In this document: positions 28,788 to 32,000 of the stretch, in pieces
How positions within the stretch are numbered: position 1 is the stretch's first letter
Layout of the letters: every line of letters begins with the position of its first letter
DNA from: Candidatus Saccharimonadota bacterium
GTDB lineage: Bacteria > Pseudomonadota > Gammaproteobacteria > Enterobacterales > Enterobacteriaceae
Reading direction: 5' to 3'
Assembly: GCF_012571795.1 (NCBI RefSeq)
Contig: NZ_CP046222.1
Location: 270,819 to 302,818, forward strand
DNA: 32,000 bases
The notes under the pieces: model-generated
Databases searched by the model: none
What the model was told of the DNA's origin: nothing
What the model saw: only the letters and a program-made list of their open reading frames with translations
Made by a program: the position numbers and the translations under genes

Positions 28788-28854
28788 AAAAATACACTTA
28801 TAATATATAAATATAAAGAAATTTCATAATAAAAATTTAACTAAACTGTTAAGA

Positions 28855-30510
28855 TTATTTGTTTTTTGCTGCTTGAAAAGCTTCAGTCATTACATTAATA
28901 ATTTTGTCTTTATGATATTTTTTTTTAAAATTATCTTCTACTTCTTTTAAAGATAATAACATATTAACTATACGATTTTTACGATCAATATTATTAATTT
29001 TACCTTCAATTATATTATTAATTTTAAAATATTTATTAATATGAGTATGATTGTAATGATCTTGATCACTAAATTTAACATTACCAATAATATTATTTTG
29101 TAATTCTAAAATTAACATATTGTTTTTAATTTCAATAATTTTACCATTAATTATTTGACCTTTTTTATGTATTTTATAATATACAATTAAAGGATCTTCA
29201 CTTAATTGTTTAATTCCTAAAGATATTCGTTCTCTATCAGCATCTACTTGTAATACTATTGCTGTAATTTCTTCACCTTTTTTATATTTACGTACTTCAT
29301 CTTCACTATTATTAATCCAAGATAAATCTGAGATATGTACTAAACCATCAATACCACCATCAAGACCAATAAAAATACCAAAATCTGTAATTGATTTAAT
29401 TTTTCCTTTTACTTTTTCTCCTTTATTATGATTTTGTGCAAATAATAACCATGGGTTAGTAGTACATTGTTTCATACCTAATGAAATACGTCTGCGTTCT
29501 TCATCTATATCTAATACCATAACTTCAACTTTATCATTAATTTTTACTTTTTTTGAAGGATGAATATTTTTATTAGTCCAATCCATTTCTGAAACATGCA
29601 CTAATCCTTCAATACCATTTTCAATTTCTACAAAACATCCATAATCTGTTAAATTAGTTACTCTACCTATTAATTTACTATTTTCAGGATAGCGTTTAGA
29701 AATAGAAATCCAAGGATCTTCTCCTAATTGCTTAAGTCCTAATGAAACACGTGTTTTTTCTTTATCAAATTTTAATATTTTAACAAATATTTCTTCACCT
29801 ATATTAATAATTTCACTAGGGTGTTTAACTCGTTTCCAGGACATATCTGTAATATGTAATAATCCATCAACTCCACCTAAATCAACAAAAGCACCATAAT
29901 CTGTTAAATTTTTAACTAATCCTTTAATTTTTAAACCTTCATGTAAGGTATTAAGTAAATTTATTCGTTCTGCACTATGTTCAAATTCTATTACAGCTTT
30001 TCTAGAAACAACTACATTATTACGTTTTTTATCTAATTTAATTATTTTAAATTCTAATTCTTTACCTTCTAAATGTGAAGTATCTCTAATTGGTCTAATA
30101 TCTACTAATGAACCAGGTAAAAAAGCACGAATACCATTTAAATCAACAGTAAATCCACCTTTAACTTTGCCATTAATAATACCAACAGTATTAGTATTTT
30201 TATATTGTGCTTGTTCTAATATCATCCATGACTCATGTCTTTTTGCTTTTTCTCTAGATAAAATCGTTTCACCAAAACCATTTTCTATAGCATCTAAAGC
30301 AACATCTACAATATCACCTACTTTAATTTCTAATATACCTTGAGTATTCTTAAATTGTTCTATAGGAATGATAGATTCTGATTTAAAACCAGCATCAATT
30401 AATACAATATCTTTTTCAATGGCAATTACAGTACCTTTAATTATATCACCTAAAATAATATTTTTATTTTTTAGTGATGATTCAAATAATTGTGCAAAAG
30501 ACTCAATCAT
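28855..30510 (-). CDS. rpsA: 30S ribosomal protein S1
   Basis: 551 aa. [15 protein letters not shown]-terminus and six S1 repeats (e.g. [29 protein letters not shown]). Confidence 0.97.
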   Translation of the reverse strand: MIESFAQLFESSLKNKNIILGDIIKGTVIAIEKDIVLIDAGFKSESIIPIEQFKNTQGILEIKVGDIVDVALDAIENGFGETILSREKAKRHESWMILEQAQYKNTNTVGIINGKVKGGFTVDLNGIRAFLPGSLVDIRPIRDTSHLEGKELEFKIIKLDKKRNNVVVSRKAVIEFEHSAERINLLNTLHEGLKIKGLVKNLTDYGAFVDLGGVDGLLHITDMSWKRVKHPSEIINIGEEIFVKILKFDKEKTRVSLGLKQLGEDPWISISKRYPENSKLIGRVTNLTDYGCFVEIENGIEGLVHVSEMDWTNKNIHPSKKVKINDKVEVMVLDIDEERRRISLGMKQCTTNPWLLFAQNHNKGEKVKGKIKSITDFGIFIGLDGGIDGLVHISDLSWINNSEDEVRKYKKGEEITAIVLQVDADRERISLGIKQLSEDPLIVYYKIHKKGQIINGKIIEIKNNMLILELQNNIIGNVKFSDQDHYNHTHINKYFKINNIIEGKINNIDRKNRIVNMLLSLKEVEDNFKKKYHKDKIINVMTEAFQAAKNK

Positions 30511-30816
30511 ATTCTTAACTTTTAACTTATGTATTAAATAATAAACTTACATCATATTAAGTATTATTGTTAATCGGACTTATAAATATCCTTTTTATAA
30601 GTAAAATAATTTTATGTATAATATTTTAATATTATATATAATGTTTTTTATTAAATTATATTAATTTTTATGTATATAAAACATATATTCTAATTAATAA
30701 AGTTATCATTAATAATGTATTTCTGCAACTATCTTAAAATTTTTGTATTAATAGACAAATATAAACATATGTTTTTTATAATTAAATATTATTTATATAG
30801 CTAGTTAATTTAACAA

Positions 30817-32000
30817 TCAATTATACAAACTAATTTTTTTAAAATCTTTAAAAAAATTTGGATATGTTTTGTTAGTACAAGAGGGATTAATAATTTGAAC
30901 TGCATTATCTGATAATGCTAATAAAGCAAAACACATAGCCATGCGGTGATCATTATATGTTTCTATAATACTAGCTTGAATCTTTTTAGGTGGAGTAATA
31001 CTAATGTAGTCTATACCTTCAATAACTTGTGCACCAGTTTTTCGTAATTCTATAGCCATAGCATGTAAACGATCAGTTTCTTTAACACGCCAATTATAAA
31101 TATTACTGATAGTAGTTGTACCACCAGTTGCAAATAAACAAGTAACTGCTATCGTCATAGCAACATCAGGAATATGATTCATATCCATAGAAATAGCATG
31201 TAATATATTACGTGTACAACTTACATAGTTATTTCCATAAAAAATGTTTGCTCCCATTTTTTTTAAAACTTCTATATATTTTATATCACCTTGAATACTA
31301 TTTTTATCAATATTATTTAATTTTACTGTACCTCCCTTAATAGCTGCTGCAGACAAAAAATATGAAGCTGAAGAAGCATCACCTTCAATAATATATTTAT
31401 TAGGAGATAGATATTGTTGATTACCACAAATATAAAATTTAGTATAATTATAATTTTTTATAATAACACCAAATTTTTTAATTAATTTTAATGTAATTCT
31501 AATATATGGTTGAGATACTAATGTATTTTTAATAATTATTGTTGTATTATTTTCTAATAATGGTGCTGTAATTAGTAATGATGTTAAAAATTGGCTAGAG
31601 ATTGATCCATCTAATTCTAATATTTCAGTGCCTATAAAACCACCATGTAATTGTATTGGAGGATAGTTTTCTCTTTCTAAATAAGTAATTTTAGCGCCTC
31701 CTAAACGCAAAGTATTAACAAGATGTCCAATAGGTCTTTCTTTCATTCTATCTTCTCCTGTTAAAATAATATTACATATTTTATTTGCAGAAAATAAAGC
31801 TGTTAATGGTCTAATAACTGTACCTGCATTACCTAAAAATAATGTATTATTTTTATTTTGAATATTAAAAATTCCATTATTACCAATAATATGACATATA
31901 TTTTTGTGATGATTTATTGTAATTTTTATACCACATATTTTTAATGTATTTAGCATATATTTTGTATCATCACAATTTAATATATTATATAATGTAGTAC
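30817..32000 (-). CDS. aroA: 3-phosphoshikimate 1-carboxyvinyltransferase (EPSP synthase), 5' end beyond the window
   Basis: The ORF-track Met at 31956 aligns to an internal Met of E. coli AroA (..HMLNAL..). The frame stays open to base 32000, reading ..[19 protein letters not shown]. Motifs present: [40 protein letters not shown] and [10 protein letters not shown]. Confidence 0.94.
   Translation of the reverse strand, partial: TTLYNILNCDDTKYMLNTLKICGIKITINHHKNICHIIGNNGIFNIQNKNNTLFLGNAGTVIRPLTALFSANKICNIILTGEDRMKERPIGHLVNTLRLGGAKITYLERENYPPIQLHGGFIGTEILELDGSISSQFLTSLLITAPLLENNTTIIIKNTLVSQPYIRITLKLIKKFGVIIKNYNYTKFYICGNQQYLSPNKYIIEGDASSASYFLSAAAIKGGTVKLNNIDKNSIQGDIKYIEVLKKMGANIFYGNNYVSCTRNILHAISMDMNHIPDVAMTIAVTCLFATGGTTTISNIYNWRVKETDRLHAMAIELRKTGAQVIEGIDYISITPPKKIQASIIETYNDHRMAMCFALLALSDNAVQIINPSCTNKTYPNFFKDFKKISLYN

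Noticed and set aside
30578-30602. 9-bp inverted repeat (acttataaa / tttataagt, 7-nt loop) in the aroA/rpsA spacer.
   Set aside because: No U-tract follows it on the transcribed (minus) strand, so it does not look like a terminator. Its size is within chance expectation for a 306-bp A+T spacer.

Overview
This window looks like a core-genome segment from a strongly reduced, very A+T-rich gammaproteobacterial obligate endosymbiont. I estimate roughly one-fifth G+C by eye; this was not computed. The lineage appears Enterobacterales-derived (Wigglesworthia/Blochmannia/Buchnera type), but the species cannot be assigned without a database search. The standard genetic code applies: Trp is TGG and TGA is used as a stop.

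Gene content:
- **Coverage.** Almost every base is housekeeping sequence. I call 48 protein genes and 2 tRNAs.
- **Ribosomal cluster.** The centre (6880-20547, minus strand) is the complete fused S10-spc-alpha ribosomal-protein cluster, rpsJ through rplQ, including secY and rpoA. The ORF track misses rpmJ and rpmD; I recovered both by hand translation.
- **Left flank.** trxA, dksA, yadG-yadH, sodA, aroE, tsaC, def and fmt.
- **Right flank.** ruvX, yggT, hemW, trmB, yggX, a tRNA-Ile(GAU)/tRNA-Ala(UGC) pair, rmuC, tatD, asnS, ycbL, rpsA and a window-truncated aroA.
- **Start corrections.** I trimmed five ORF-track starts to match conserved N-termini: trxA, rplO, rpsQ, rplD and rpsJ.

I see no CRISPR array, mobile element, toxin or defence gene, or unexplained multi-gene island. 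I do not think this window contains a novel system.

Observations worth a second look:
- A thioredoxin with a WCNPC active site instead of WCGPC.
- The rRNA-spacer-type tRNA pair standing alone with no rRNA on either side.
- Deletion scars at ancestral loci (mutY, ubiE-tatC, cmk, the str operon).
- A 34-bp perfect palindrome that looks like a terminator after sodA.
- A few near-consensus sigma-70 promoters.
- A G+C-rich hairpin in the rpsJ leader.
- In-frame 12-bp tandem duplications and slippage-prone A10-A11 tracts.
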